Shown: piece by piece, positions 29,153 through 38,575 of the stretch
How the letters are laid out: every line of letters starts with the position of its first letter
How positions within the stretch are numbered: the first letter of the stretch is position 1
Origin: Tagaea sp.
GTDB lineage: Bacteria > Pseudomonadota > Alphaproteobacteria > CACIAM-22H2
Length of the DNA: 64,000 nucleotides
Reading direction: 5' to 3'
NCBI GenBank assembly: GCA_965279525.1
Contig: CBDIIB010000005.1
Location: 864,001 to 928,000 of the forward strand
The notes under the pieces: generated by a model
Database searches by the model: none
Told to the model about the DNA's origin: nothing
Seen by the model: the letters and a program-made list of their open reading frames with translations, nothing else
Position numbers and translations under genes: made by a program

Positions 29153-30064
29153 ATGGACCAGCTCATCGGGGCCGCGAAGGCCGGTGCCGCCGCGGCAGAC
29201 CTCATCAAGGACTCGACCGACGACGCGTTCGAGCAGGACGTGATCGCCGCATCGGCCAAGGTTCCGGTCATCGTCGATTTCTGGGCACCGTGGTGCGGGC
29301 CGTGCAAACAGCTCGGACCCCTGATCGAGAAGGTCGTCAAGGAAGCGGCCGGCGCGGTCAAGCTCGTCAAGATCAACATCGACGAGAACCCCTATTTCGC
29401 GCAGCAGCTGCGCGTGCAGTCGATCCCCGCCGTGTTCGCCTTCAAGGCCGGCCGCCCGGTCGACGCGTTCCTCGGTGCCTTGCCCGAAAGCGACATCCGC
29501 AAGTTCGTCAAGAAGCTGGGCGGTGCCGCCGGCCCCTCGCCGATCGAGCAGGCGCTCGAACAGGCCGCCGCCGCGATGACGGCCGAAGACTTCGCGACGG
29601 CGGCGGCGATCTACGCCCAGATCCTCCAGCACGAACCGGCCAACGCCAAGGCGATCGCCGGCCTTGCCAAGTGCCAGATCGCGGCCGGCGATCTCGATGC
29701 CGCACAAGCGCTGCTTGACGCCGCCCCGCCCGAAGCCGTCAAGGATGCCGAAGTGCTCGCGGCACGCACGGCGCTCGACGTGGCGCGCCAGGGCGAGAAG
29801 GCGGGCGACGTGGCGCCGCTGCTCGCCAAGCTCGAACAGAACCCGGCCGACCACCAGACGCGGCTCGACGCGGCACTCGCCTTGTTCGCCGGCGGCCAGG
29901 CGGAAGCGGCGATCGACCAGCTGCTCGAGCTGTTCAGGCGCGACCGCGCCTGGAACGACGGGGCCGCGCGCGCCCAGCTCGTCAAGTTCTTCGAAGCGCT
30001 GGGCAACAGCCACGCCGCAACCGTGCAGGGGCGCAAGCGCCTTTCCTCGCTGATGTTCGCCTGA
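29153..30064 (+). CDS. cnoX: Thioredoxin-TPR chaperedoxin (CnoX/YbbN)
   Basis: DFWAPWCGPCK followed by TPR-like helices; ends GRKRLSSLMFA. Confidence 0.9.
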   Translation: MDQLIGAAKAGAAAADLIKDSTDDAFEQDVIAASAKVPVIVDFWAPWCGPCKQLGPLIEKVVKEAAGAVKLVKINIDENPYFAQQLRVQSIPAVFAFKAGRPVDAFLGALPESDIRKFVKKLGGAAGPSPIEQALEQAAAAMTAEDFATAAAIYAQILQHEPANAKAIAGLAKCQIAAGDLDAAQALLDAAPPEAVKDAEVLAARTALDVARQGEKAGDVAPLLAKLEQNPADHQTRLDAALALFAGGQAEAAIDQLLELFRRDRAWNDGAARAQLVKFFEALGNSHAATVQGRKRLSSLMFA

Positions 30065-30083
30065 CGCCGGAAGCGGGTCGCCC

Positions 30084-30752
30084 ATGCCAACCACCGCCGG
30101 GCACCTGACCTTCGCCGACATGCCGGCAACGCTGCCGGTCTTCCCGCTGACCGGCGTCTTGCTGCTGCCGCGCGGCAAGCTGCCGCTCAACATCTTCGAG
30201 CCGCGCTATCTGGCGATGGTCGAGGACGTGCTCGGCACGCCCGACAAGCTGATCGGCATGATCCAGCCGACCGAGAAGGAGCGCAAAGGTGCCGTCCAGC
30301 CGCTCTATCCGGTGGGCTGCGCCGGGCGCATCACGAGCTGGTCGGAGACCGACGACGGGCGCTTCCTGATCCAGCTTTCCGGCATCGCGCGCTTCGCGCT
30401 CGGCGAAGAGATTTCCACGATGCGCGGCTATCGCCGCTTCCGCCCCGACTTCCAGCGCTTCGCCGGCGATTTCGAAGTGCCCGATTCCGGCGGCTTCGAC
30501 CGCAAGCGGCTGCTCGCGGGCCTCAAGGCGTTTTTCGCGGCCGAAGGGCTGCAGGGCGACTGGGATTCGATCGAGCAGGCGAGCGACGAGCGCATCGTCA
30601 GCACGCTTGCCATGCTGTGCCCGTTCAGTGCCGAAGAGAAGCAGAGCCTGCTCGAATGTGCGACACTCGCCGACCGGGCCAAGGCGATGACCGGGTTCTG
30701 CGAGGCGCGCACCGCCGGCGGCGAGCCGCCGCCCGGCGCGCTGCGCCACTGA
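30084..30752 (+). CDS. LON peptidase substrate-binding domain protein
   Basis: LPVFPL..LLLPRGKLPLNIFEPRY, VGCAGRI. Confidence 0.92.
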   Translation: MPTTAGHLTFADMPATLPVFPLTGVLLLPRGKLPLNIFEPRYLAMVEDVLGTPDKLIGMIQPTEKERKGAVQPLYPVGCAGRITSWSETDDGRFLIQLSGIARFALGEEISTMRGYRRFRPDFQRFAGDFEVPDSGGFDRKRLLAGLKAFFAAEGLQGDWDSIEQASDERIVSTLAMLCPFSAEEKQSLLECATLADRAKAMTGFCEARTAGGEPPPGALRH

Positions 30753-30776
30753 ACCGACGAAGAGGGAGCGACCGCG

Positions 30777-30986
30777 ATGGCCGAGAACGCGAACACCGAC
30801 CGGGGCGGCGTCGATCCGCGGCTTCTGGAAATCCTCGTCTGCCCGGTCACGAAGGGGCCGCTGCGCTACGACGCGGCGAAGGCCGAGCTGGTCAGCGAGC
30901 AGGCGGGCCTCGCCTTCCCGATCCGCGATGGCATCCCGATCATGCTGGTCGACGAGGCGCGCCGTCTCGATGCGACCGCGCCGTGA
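30777..30986 (+). CDS. Trm112-family protein
   Basis: [31 protein letters not shown]. Confidence 0.93.
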   Translation: MAENANTDRGGVDPRLLEILVCPVTKGPLRYDAAKAELVSEQAGLAFPIRDGIPIMLVDEARRLDATAP

Positions 30987-31372
30987 GCGATTTCGCGGTC
31001 CGGCACCGGCCGACCGAGATCCGGCTCAAGAAGGCCGAGAAGATCCTCGAGGTCGACTATGACGACGGCACGCGCGTGACGCTGCCCGCCGAACTGCTGC
31101 GCGTGGAAAGCCCGTCGGCCGAAGTGATGGGCCACGGGCCGGGCCAGAAGACGATCGTGCCGGGCCGCGCGGAAGTGGGGATCATGGATCTCGAACCCGT
31201 CGGCAACTACGCGATCCGCATCAAGTTCGACGACCTGCACGATACCGGCATCTACAGCTGGGACTATCTCTACGCGCTGGGGGCCGACAAGGACCGGCTC
31301 TATGCCGAATATCTCGCGGCCCTCGAGCGCATGGGCCTGTCGCGCGACCCGCGCGCGAAGAAGGCGAAATGA
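30983..31372 (+). CDS. DUF971 / GBBH-like N-terminal domain protein
   Basis: GTGA overlap; [32 protein letters not shown]. Confidence 0.9.
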   Translation: MSDFAVRHRPTEIRLKKAEKILEVDYDDGTRVTLPAELLRVESPSAEVMGHGPGQKTIVPGRAEVGIMDLEPVGNYAIRIKFDDLHDTGIYSWDYLYALGADKDRLYAEYLAALERMGLSRDPRAKKAK

Positions 31373-31815
31373 CCCGCGTCGCCGCCATCCTCGCGGGCGA
31401 TCTCGACGCGCTCGTCCCGCTGTTCGATGCCTATCGCGTCTTCTACAAGCAGCCGTCCGACCCGGCACTCGCGCGCGACTATCTCGCCAAGCGCCTGGGT
31501 GCGGGCGAATATGTCGGCTTCCTCGCGCGCGATGCGGCTGGTACGGCCATCGGCTTCGCGCTGATGTCGCAGACCTTCTCGTCGGTGGGCCTGAAGCGCA
31601 TCTGGCTGCTCAACGACCTGTTCGTCGATCCTGCGGTGCGCAAGTCGGGTGCGGGTGCAGCACTGATGAAAGCGGTCGAGGATTTCGCCGGCACGACCGG
31701 GGCGGGCCGGCTCGACCTGTTCACCGCGCGCACCAACGCGACGGCTCAGGCCGTCTACCGCCGAGCCGGCTGGACCGAAGACACGGACTATCTGCGCTTC
31801 CAGAAAAGACTGTAA
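31369..31815 (+). CDS. GNAT N-acetyltransferase
   Basis: LFDAYRVFY, WLLNDLFV..RKSGAG, NATAQAVY. Confidence 0.9.
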   Translation: MTRVAAILAGDLDALVPLFDAYRVFYKQPSDPALARDYLAKRLGAGEYVGFLARDAAGTAIGFALMSQTFSSVGLKRIWLLNDLFVDPAVRKSGAGAALMKAVEDFAGTTGAGRLDLFTARTNATAQAVYRRAGWTEDTDYLRFQKRL

Positions 31816-31823
31816 ACCAACGC

Positions 31824-33407
31824 CTATTCGGCGACGGCCGGCACCGGCCGGGTGGTGCGCAGGATGAAGTCGGGCAGGCCCTGCCCCATCGAATGCTCGA
31901 AGCGCATCGCCGCACGGCCCGGATTGAACTGGATGCCGAGCTGGGCGCGCACCGAACGTTCCACTTCCTCGCGAAGCTCGACCAGCTTCTCCGACGACAG
32001 CGCGTCGGTGAACACGAACGCCTTGTAGCCGCCGTTGGGATCGCCCTTGTAGTAGTCCGGCGTCGTCGTGAAATCGACCTCGTAGGCGTGCAGCTTGTCG
32101 CCGGTCTTGGGCTGGGTATAGGTCCACACGCCGGGCAGCTTCTCGTGCGGCACCGCCATGTCGTAATAGGGCGTGCCCGGATAGGTCGTGATGATCGTGC
32201 AGTCGAAATCGTCGACCTTCATGCGCACGAGCCAGTCGCGGATGTCGAGGACCGAGGCTTCCGTTTCGCCCGGATGGCCGACCGACATCAGCGCCTTGAC
32301 CTTGAGGCCGTGGCGTTTGGCGATCTCGACCGCGCGCGTGTTGTCTTCGAGCGACGCGCGCTTCTGGATGTTCTCGAGGATGCGGGGGTTCGCGGCCTCG
32401 AAGCCGCACAGCAGCCAGCGGAAGCCCGCGCGGTACATCGCGGCGGCCTGCTCGTCGGTGAACAGCTCGGCCTTGACGAAGCCGCGCAGGCGGAACTCCA
32501 CGCCCAGGCGCTTCTGCAATGCCGTGAGCGAATCCATCAGCTCGACCATCGATTTGCTGACGTTGAGCTCGTCGTCGTAGAACATGAAGCCGGTATAGCC
32601 GTAGGCGCGGTGCAGGTCCTCGACCTCGCGCACGATCTGCGCGGTGGGCCGCGTGCGGATCACGCGCAGGCTCTTCGAATTGCGCCCGCCGCAGAAGCCG
32701 CAGTTGAACGGGCAGCCGAGCTGCGCGATCAGGCTCGTCGCGGGGAAGGATTCGACCGAATACTTGTAGCTGGCGAGGTCGACGAGATGGCGGGCGGGCA
32801 CGGGCGTGCGCGAATAGAGCGCGTCGTCCATGAAGAAGCCGCCCTTCATGTCGTCGCCGTCGACGACGCGCGGCGGTTCGGCCTTGGTCAGGGCCGCGAA
32901 GACGGCAAGCTCGCCGTCGCCCGCGACCAGCACGTCGAACAGCGATTCGAGCTGGGCGGCCGCCTTGGACGCGCGGCCGCAGCCGGCCCGGGCGAGCTTG
33001 TTCTCGAGCTTCACGGCCGCATAGGTGAGGGTGACGTGCGGGCCGCCGAGGATCAGGCGTGCGTCCGGGCGCACCTCGCGCAGCCGGCGCGCGATCGCGG
33101 CGACGGCGGGCAGCTGCGGCGTGGTCGCCGTCAGCCCGAAGACCGTATCGTTCGACGCGCGCGCCCAGGATTCGAGCGCTTCGAGATAGTTCGCGATGCC
33201 CGAGAGATCGAGCAGGTTGACCCGCACGCCCTTGCGTTCGAGGGCGGCCGCGACCTTCAGGATCCCGAGGCTGACGAAGACGCGCTCGTCGAGCAGGAAC
33301 GCCGACGGCGGAATGACAAGCGTGACCGATGCGTGCAACTCGGCAAGCCGGGACGGGACGAGGTCGGGCGCAAAATCGACCGGTTCGCTGATCGGCGCTA
33401 CGCGCAT
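31824..33407 (-). CDS. B12-binding domain radical SAM protein
   Basis: SLGILKVAA, ILGGPH, GDGE, CPFNCGFC (CxxxCxxC), YDDEL, GFEA, PGET; start uncertain. Confidence 0.9.
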   Translation of the reverse strand: MRVAPISEPVDFAPDLVPSRLAELHASVTLVIPPSAFLLDERVFVSLGILKVAAALERKGVRVNLLDLSGIANYLEALESWARASNDTVFGLTATTPQLPAVAAIARRLREVRPDARLILGGPHVTLTYAAVKLENKLARAGCGRASKAAAQLESLFDVLVAGDGELAVFAALTKAEPPRVVDGDDMKGGFFMDDALYSRTPVPARHLVDLASYKYSVESFPATSLIAQLGCPFNCGFCGGRNSKSLRVIRTRPTAQIVREVEDLHRAYGYTGFMFYDDELNVSKSMVELMDSLTALQKRLGVEFRLRGFVKAELFTDEQAAAMYRAGFRWLLCGFEAANPRILENIQKRASLEDNTRAVEIAKRHGLKVKALMSVGHPGETEASVLDIRDWLVRMKVDDFDCTIITTYPGTPYYDMAVPHEKLPGVWTYTQPKTGDKLHAYEVDFTTTPDYYKGDPNGGYKAFVFTDALSSEKLVELREEVERSVRAQLGIQFNPGRAAMRFEHSMGQGLPDFILRTTRPVPAVAE

Positions 33408-33451
33408 TGGGGATTCTCTGGCTTCGGGACGCAAATTGCCGCTTTCGCGAA

Positions 33452-33498
33452 ATATAGGTGCGCGATCATGAAAAGGATATAGGTCCGCGAACATAAAA
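33452..33498. repeat. 22-bp imperfect direct repeat pair upstream of the radical SAM gene
   Basis: atataggtgcgcgatcatgaaa (33452) vs atataggtccgcgaacataaaa (33477), 19/22 identical. Confidence 0.7.
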
Positions 33499-33506
33499 TG
33501 CCAACA

Positions 33507-34655
33507 CTAGGAATGTTCGCCGGACCGGCGACCGGCCTTCGCGGCCATCGTCAGGACCTGCTCGATCCCGTCGGCGAACGCCTGCGCGCCATAGCGCGGC
33601 CCGATCCACACGCGGGCGGCCTCGCCGAGCCTTGCGCCGAGACCCGGCTCTTCCATCAGCCGCGCGATGGCGGCGGCAAGCCGGTCGGGCTGACCGGGCG
33701 GATAGAGCAGCCCGGTCCGGCCGTCCTCGATCAGCTCGGGCGTTCCGCCCGCATCGGTGCCGACGACCGCGCGGCCGGCGCGCATCGCCTCGATCGTGAC
33801 GCGCCCGAGCCCTTCGCAGCGCGACGTCATCAGCACCGCATCCGCCTTCGCGAGCCGCGCGCCCAGCCGGTCGACATGGCCGTGGAACGAGACGTTCGCC
33901 GTGGCGCCTTCGCGGGCGGCGAGTGCGACGAGCTTCGCGGTGTAGCCGCGTCCGCCGGTGCCGAACAGATGGAGATGGACCTGGCGCCCGGCGCGCGCGA
34001 GGCGGCCGACCGCCGACACCGCATCGGCCTGCCCCTTCTGCGGATTGAGCGAACCCGGAAGCGCCAGATGGAAACGGCCCGCCGGTTCGAGATCGGGAAC
34101 CTCCGCCGCCGGCGTGGGCGGAATGAAATAGTCGACCTTGACGATCTTGTCGGGCCGGATGCGGCCGGCGAAATGGCGGGCAAGCGCGTCGGACGGTGCG
34201 ATGGCGCCCACGCACCAGCGGTCGAGCAACCGGCCCGTCGCCGCGTCGCCGAAATCGAAATGCAGGCTGTGGTCGGCCTTGCCGAACTCGTGCAGCCACC
34301 AGACATGCGGGATGCCGAGGGCGGCGGCCGCGCGTGCCGCCCCGCCGAACGTTGTCGACGCGGACAGCACCACGTCCGGCGCGAAGGAAGCGACGGCAGC
34401 ACGCGTCGCGTCGGCGGTGCGCCAGTTCGACCAGATGTTCCGCCAGCGGCGCCGGCCGCGCGTGGAGGCCCACACGCCGATCGGCGCGACCCGCCATTCG
34501 ACGCCACGCTTCTCGAGGGCCGCGACCATGCTGCCGTTCTCGGGCAGCAGCACGCCGGCCGTGAAGCCGCGCGGCGCAAGCGCGTCGATCGCCTCGACGA
34601 TCGGGCTCGTGGCGCCGCCGAGATCGCCCTGATGTGCGACGTAGAGGACTTTCAT
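33507..34655 (-). CDS. Glycosyltransferase family 4
   Basis: MKVLYVAH, GIPHVWWLHE, KGQADA, SRCEGLGRVTIEAM. Confidence 0.9.
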   Translation of the reverse strand: MKVLYVAHQGDLGGATSPIVEAIDALAPRGFTAGVLLPENGSMVAALEKRGVEWRVAPIGVWASTRGRRRWRNIWSNWRTADATRAAVASFAPDVVLSASTTFGGAARAAAALGIPHVWWLHEFGKADHSLHFDFGDAATGRLLDRWCVGAIAPSDALARHFAGRIRPDKIVKVDYFIPPTPAAEVPDLEPAGRFHLALPGSLNPQKGQADAVSAVGRLARAGRQVHLHLFGTGGRGYTAKLVALAAREGATANVSFHGHVDRLGARLAKADAVLMTSRCEGLGRVTIEAMRAGRAVVGTDAGGTPELIEDGRTGLLYPPGQPDRLAAAIARLMEEPGLGARLGEAARVWIGPRYGAQAFADGIEQVLTMAAKAGRRSGEHS

Positions 34656-34719
34656 GGATCCTGCCGAAATGCCGGCGCAACCATGTATGCCGGCCCGCCC
34701 GAAGTCCAGAATCGACCGG

Positions 34720-34833
34720 TGTTGACGGCTTGTTGACGGCCTGTTGACGGTCAACGTCCGTCAACTCGCAAGTCTTTGAATTTCCTCGATAGCCAGTTGA
34801 CGGTTGACGTGACTCGCGTTTCGTTGACGAAAC
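34720..34833. repeat. Dense GTTGACG direct and inverted repeat array
   Basis: Forward copies at 34721, 34732, 34743, 34796, 34803, 34823; inverted GTCAAC at 34750 and 34760. Confidence 0.8.
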
Positions 34834-34865
34834 TTTTCGGCGAAATCCGGCATGTCGGCAAACGC

Positions 34866-35303
34866 CTACTTTTCCGGGTCGTGCGTGCACCAACGGCGCA
34901 CCCAGTCGTCTGGCTCGAGACCATGCTTCTCGTGCTTGATGCCTTCGCAGCGCATCAAGATGCCGGGCAAGGGGATTGACAGATCCCGACCTGTCTCGAC
35001 ATCGACGATCTTTCTGCCGCTGATTTCGTTGTAGCTGCAGATCAGGATGGCATTGCGAAATATCTCGTAGCTCGCATAGTACGTGATGATGTGGACCGCG
35101 CCGTCTGGCAGAACTTCCGCCACATCGCGATCCGGTTGCCACGGCGGACCGTCGGTATGCTGGTCGAGCGATGCGCTGATGAACTTCAGCGATGGCTTCT
35201 CGGGATGCACGAGCGGACACTCGGTTTCCTTCGGCCACGCACCGGCCGGGACACAATCTGAGACCGAATACAGGAAAGCGCATGCGAAGATGATCAAGCG
35301 CAT
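34866..35303 (-). CDS. Secreted Cys-containing hypothetical protein, STY0301-like (tentative)
   Basis: Signal-peptide-like N-terminus; CP...PD...LICSY...LP...C pattern; lower GC than flanks. Confidence 0.6.
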   Translation of the reverse strand: MRLIIFACAFLYSVSDCVPAGAWPKETECPLVHPEKPSLKFISASLDQHTDGPPWQPDRDVAEVLPDGAVHIITYYASYEIFRNAILICSYNEISGRKIVDVETGRDLSIPLPGILMRCEGIKHEKHGLEPDDWVRRWCTHDPEK

Positions 35304-35312
35304 TGTTGGCCT

Positions 35313-35636
35313 CTATTCCCGGGTAGGCGGGCGGGCGGCCGGCGCCTGTGCCGTCTGCAGATCGGATGCGGCATCGCTCTCGCTCCGTTCGGCGACCAGC
35401 ATCGCTTCGGCGCGCTCGTCGTTGCGGTGCAGGAGATTGCGCATCTGCGGTACACCGTCGCGGTCGGGGCGGAAATCCATCGTGCGGATGCCGGCGGGAA
35501 CGATCCCGCCGGGCGTTTTGCCCAGGAACCGGCTGCGGCTGTCGTCGTCGCGCCGCGTGTCGAAACCGCGGCCCGCGTGGCCGGCAAGATCGAACCAGTC
35601 GGAAGCGGCGGCGAAGGAAGAAGCGGGCTGGCGCAT
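35313..35636 (-). CDS. Hypothetical protein, possibly truncated
   Basis: GGAG RBS and consensus promoter upstream; 9 bp from downstream gene; no recognisable domain. Confidence 0.45.
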   Translation of the reverse strand: MRQPASSFAAASDWFDLAGHAGRGFDTRRDDDSRSRFLGKTPGGIVPAGIRTMDFRPDRDGVPQMRNLLHRNDERAEAMLVAERSESDAASDLQTAQAPAARPPTRE

Positions 35637-35664
35637 GGGACACTCCGGGGTTGCAGTCATCCGG

Positions 35665-35693
35665 AATGTACCGCCTCAGAATTTATAGGTCAA
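35665..35693 (-). promoter_or_regulatory. Sigma70-type promoter TTGACC-N17-TACATT
   Basis: Near-consensus hexamers, 17-bp spacer, AT-rich upstream tract. Confidence 0.65.
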
Positions 35694-35720
35694 TAATCTT
35701 GTAGCAGTAATATTTTCTCC

Positions 35721-36458
35721 CTACGCGATCTCCCGCACCAGCTTGTGGGCGATGGCGGCGGCGAAATCGGCGTAGCGGCGCACGGGCACCACGAAGGCGC
35801 CGGGGCCGCCGATCACCTCGCGCCGGTAGATCGTGTCGAGATTCGGCTCGTCGGTCAGGATCGGCAGGCCGTTGATGCCGATGCCTGCCGCCACGGCCGC
35901 ATCGCGCGCGTAGCGCGCCAGGCGGCCCTGGTTGTTCGAGCCGTCGCCCGACACGTCGATGACGTTGCGCAGGCTCGCGAACGGGCACTGCGCCAGCACG
36001 CCGCGCGCGTGGTCGATGGCCCCGCCCAGCGCCGTCGCGTCGTCGTCGGTCAGCCGCGGCTGGGCGGACAGGCGGGCGGCAAAGGCGTCGATGGCGGCCG
36101 GCCGGTCGAGCAGCATCCAGCCGATCGCCACATGCTGCACACGTGCACCTGCCCACTGGGTCATCGACACGGCGATGCGCTTTTCCCGGCCGCCCAGGAT
36201 CGCCCGGCGCACGCGGTCGTTGCGGAAGGCGGCGGCATAGCCCTCGGCCTGCAGGCGGTATTCGCCCGCATCGACCGAGCGCGAACAGTCCACCGCGAGC
36301 ACGAGGTTGACGTCGCTGGGCGGCAGGGTGAAAGGCTGGGTCGGGTCGATGCCGGCGGCCGGCTGGGCAATGCCGGGCCCCGCCCGGCCGGCGATTGCCA
36401 GGGCACCCAATCCCGCCAGGAAACGCCGGCGGGCCTTGAACGGGCGGATTGGGGCCAT
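35721..36458 (-). CDS. DUF1194 (vWA-like) protein with Tat-like signal
   Basis: RRRFLAGL; LVLAVDCSRSVD, IDVSGDGSNNQG, INGLPI, VIGGPGAF. Confidence 0.9.
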   Translation of the reverse strand: MAPIRPFKARRRFLAGLGALAIAGRAGPGIAQPAAGIDPTQPFTLPPSDVNLVLAVDCSRSVDAGEYRLQAEGYAAAFRNDRVRRAILGGREKRIAVSMTQWAGARVQHVAIGWMLLDRPAAIDAFAARLSAQPRLTDDDATALGGAIDHARGVLAQCPFASLRNVIDVSGDGSNNQGRLARYARDAAVAAGIGINGLPILTDEPNLDTIYRREVIGGPGAFVVPVRRYADFAAAIAHKLVREIA

Positions 36459-36515
36459 GCGAGCCTCCGATTGACGAAAGGATGCGCCCCGGCCCCCGGC
36501 CCCTGTCAAGGTCGA

Positions 36516-37730
36516 TTGCCCCAAGCCCCGGAATTTGCGAGGTTCCCGCCCGTTCTGCTGGCCGAGGGCCCGACCATCCGCATCCTGCACGTCATCGCTT
36601 CGATCGCCGCCAGTACCGGCGGGCCGGCCCGCGCCGTCGTCGACATGGCGCGCGCGGTGGCCGCGCGCGGCCACGACGTGTCGATCTACACGACCGACCG
36701 CGACATGACGGCCGCCGAACGTGCCGCCCCGCCGCCGGACGACGGCGTCGAGCGCCATGTTTTCCCGCAAGGCTTTCCGCGCCTGTTCGCGACGAGCTGG
36801 CCGCTGGCGCGCGCGCTCGACGACGCGATCCCGAAGGCCGACATCGTCCATATCCATTCGCTCTACCTGTTCCATGTCTGGTACGCCGCACGCGTCTGCC
36901 GGAAGCACGGCGTGCCCTATATCCTGCGCCCGCACGGCTCGCTCGACCCGTTCTTGTGGAAGCGCCACCGCGCGCGCAAGAAGCTGCTCGAGCTTGCCTT
37001 CCAGGACCGCGTGATCGCGGGCGCCGCCGCCCTCCATTACACCGCCGAAGAAGAAATGCGCCTCGCCGCCCCCTACGTCCACGGTGCCAAGGGCGTGGTC
37101 GTGCCCAACGGGCTCGACATGGCGGCCTATGCCGAGCTGCCGCCCAAGGGCGGTTTCATCGCGCGCCATCCCGAACTTGCGGGCACGAAGCCCGTGCTGT
37201 TCCTGAGCCGCATCAATTTCAAGAAGGGGCTCGACGTGCTGATCCCCGCCTTCGCCAAGGCGCTGGCGGCCGACCCCGCCTTGCGCCTCGTCATCGCCGG
37301 GCCCGACGACGGCTACAAGGCGACGGCCGAAGGCTTCGCCGCTTCGGCCGGCGTGGCCGACAAGATCGTGTGGGTCGGCATGCTCGATGCTGCGGCCAAG
37401 CGCGACGCGTTTGCCGACTGCGCGCTGTTCGCGCTGCCGTCATGGAGCGAGAATTTCGGCATCGCCATCGTCGAGGCGATGGCGTGCGGCGTGCCGGTCG
37501 TGATCTCCGACCGCGTCAATATCTGGCGCGAGATCGAGGCGGCCGGTGCCGGCCTCGTCTCGCCGCCCGACGTGGACTCGGTCGCGGCGCACATCCTGCT
37601 GCTGGCGGGCGACCCGGCGCGTGCTGCGCGCATTGGATCGGCGGGGCGAAAGCTCGCCCAGGCGCGCTATGATTGGGCGAAGGTCGCGGTCGATCTCGAA
37701 CGCGTCTATTCGGAGCATCGCCGCCAATGA
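36516..37730 (+). CDS. Glycosyltransferase family 4
   Basis: RILHVIAS..TGGP, RPHGSL, SRINFKKG, SENFGIAIVEAMA; no ATG, start placed tentatively at TTG. Confidence 0.88.
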   Translation: MPQAPEFARFPPVLLAEGPTIRILHVIASIAASTGGPARAVVDMARAVAARGHDVSIYTTDRDMTAAERAAPPPDDGVERHVFPQGFPRLFATSWPLARALDDAIPKADIVHIHSLYLFHVWYAARVCRKHGVPYILRPHGSLDPFLWKRHRARKKLLELAFQDRVIAGAAALHYTAEEEMRLAAPYVHGAKGVVVPNGLDMAAYAELPPKGGFIARHPELAGTKPVLFLSRINFKKGLDVLIPAFAKALAADPALRLVIAGPDDGYKATAEGFAASAGVADKIVWVGMLDAAAKRDAFADCALFALPSWSENFGIAIVEAMACGVPVVISDRVNIWREIEAAGAGLVSPPDVDSVAAHILLLAGDPARAARIGSAGRKLAQARYDWAKVAVDLERVYSEHRRQ

Positions 37731-38575
37731 CGCCCGGTTCCGTCCCCGTCTCGGTCATCGTGCTGACGTTCAATTCCGCCGCGACGATCGGCGCCACGCT
37801 GGATTCGCTCGTCGGTCTCACGGACGACGTGCACGTGGTCGATTCAGGCTCGACCGACGAGACCCGCACCATCGTCGCCGCAAAAGGCGCGAAGCTCGTC
37901 GAGCATCCGTTCGAGAATTACGGCGCCCAGCGCAACTGGGCCATCGCGAACCTTGCGCTCGCACACCCCTGGCAGCTCCATCTGGATGCCGACGAACGGC
38001 TGACACCCGAGCTGAAGGCCGAGATCGCGGCACTACTGGCCACGCCCGTCGACGACGCGATCGGCGGCTTCTACGTGCCGCGCCTCGTGCATTTCCATGG
38101 CCAGCCGTTGCGCCACGGCGGCATGTACCCGATCTATCACATGCGCCTGTTCCGAACGGGGCGCGGGCGCTGCGAGGCGCGCAAGTACGACCAGCATTTC
38201 CACGCCGACGGGCGCACGGAAAAACTCGCGCACCCGATGATCGACGACATCCGCCTGACGCTGTCGGAATGGACGGTGCGCCACAATCGCTGGGCCGACG
38301 CCGAAGTCGACGAGATCCTCAATCCCGGCGGCGACGGCGTCATCGCGGCAGGCAGCGGCGATCCGGTCGCCGAGAAGCGGCGCGCGCGCGGCTGGTACTA
38401 CCGCGCCCCCCTGTTCGCGCGCGCGTTCGCGCTGTTCTTCTACCGCTACGTGATCCGGCTCGGCTTTCTCGACGGCAAGGACGGGCTGGTGTTCTACGTT
38501 CTGCAGACGCTGTGGTTCCGCTTCCTCGTCGACGCCAAGCTGCGCGAGCGGCTGAAGACGGAGGGCCGCCGGTGA
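37727..38575 (+). CDS. Glycosyltransferase family 2
   Basis: SVIVLTFN, VDSGSTD, QRNWA, LDADE; ATGA overlap. Confidence 0.92.
   Translation: MTPGSVPVSVIVLTFNSAATIGATLDSLVGLTDDVHVVDSGSTDETRTIVAAKGAKLVEHPFENYGAQRNWAIANLALAHPWQLHLDADERLTPELKAEIAALLATPVDDAIGGFYVPRLVHFHGQPLRHGGMYPIYHMRLFRTGRGRCEARKYDQHFHADGRTEKLAHPMIDDIRLTLSEWTVRHNRWADAEVDEILNPGGDGVIAAGSGDPVAEKRRARGWYYRAPLFARAFALFFYRYVIRLGFLDGKDGLVFYVLQTLWFRFLVDAKLRERLKTEGRR

Noticed and set aside
34720-34833. GTTGACG array as a CRISPR
   Set aside because: Units are 7-11 bp with no spacer structure and no cas genes
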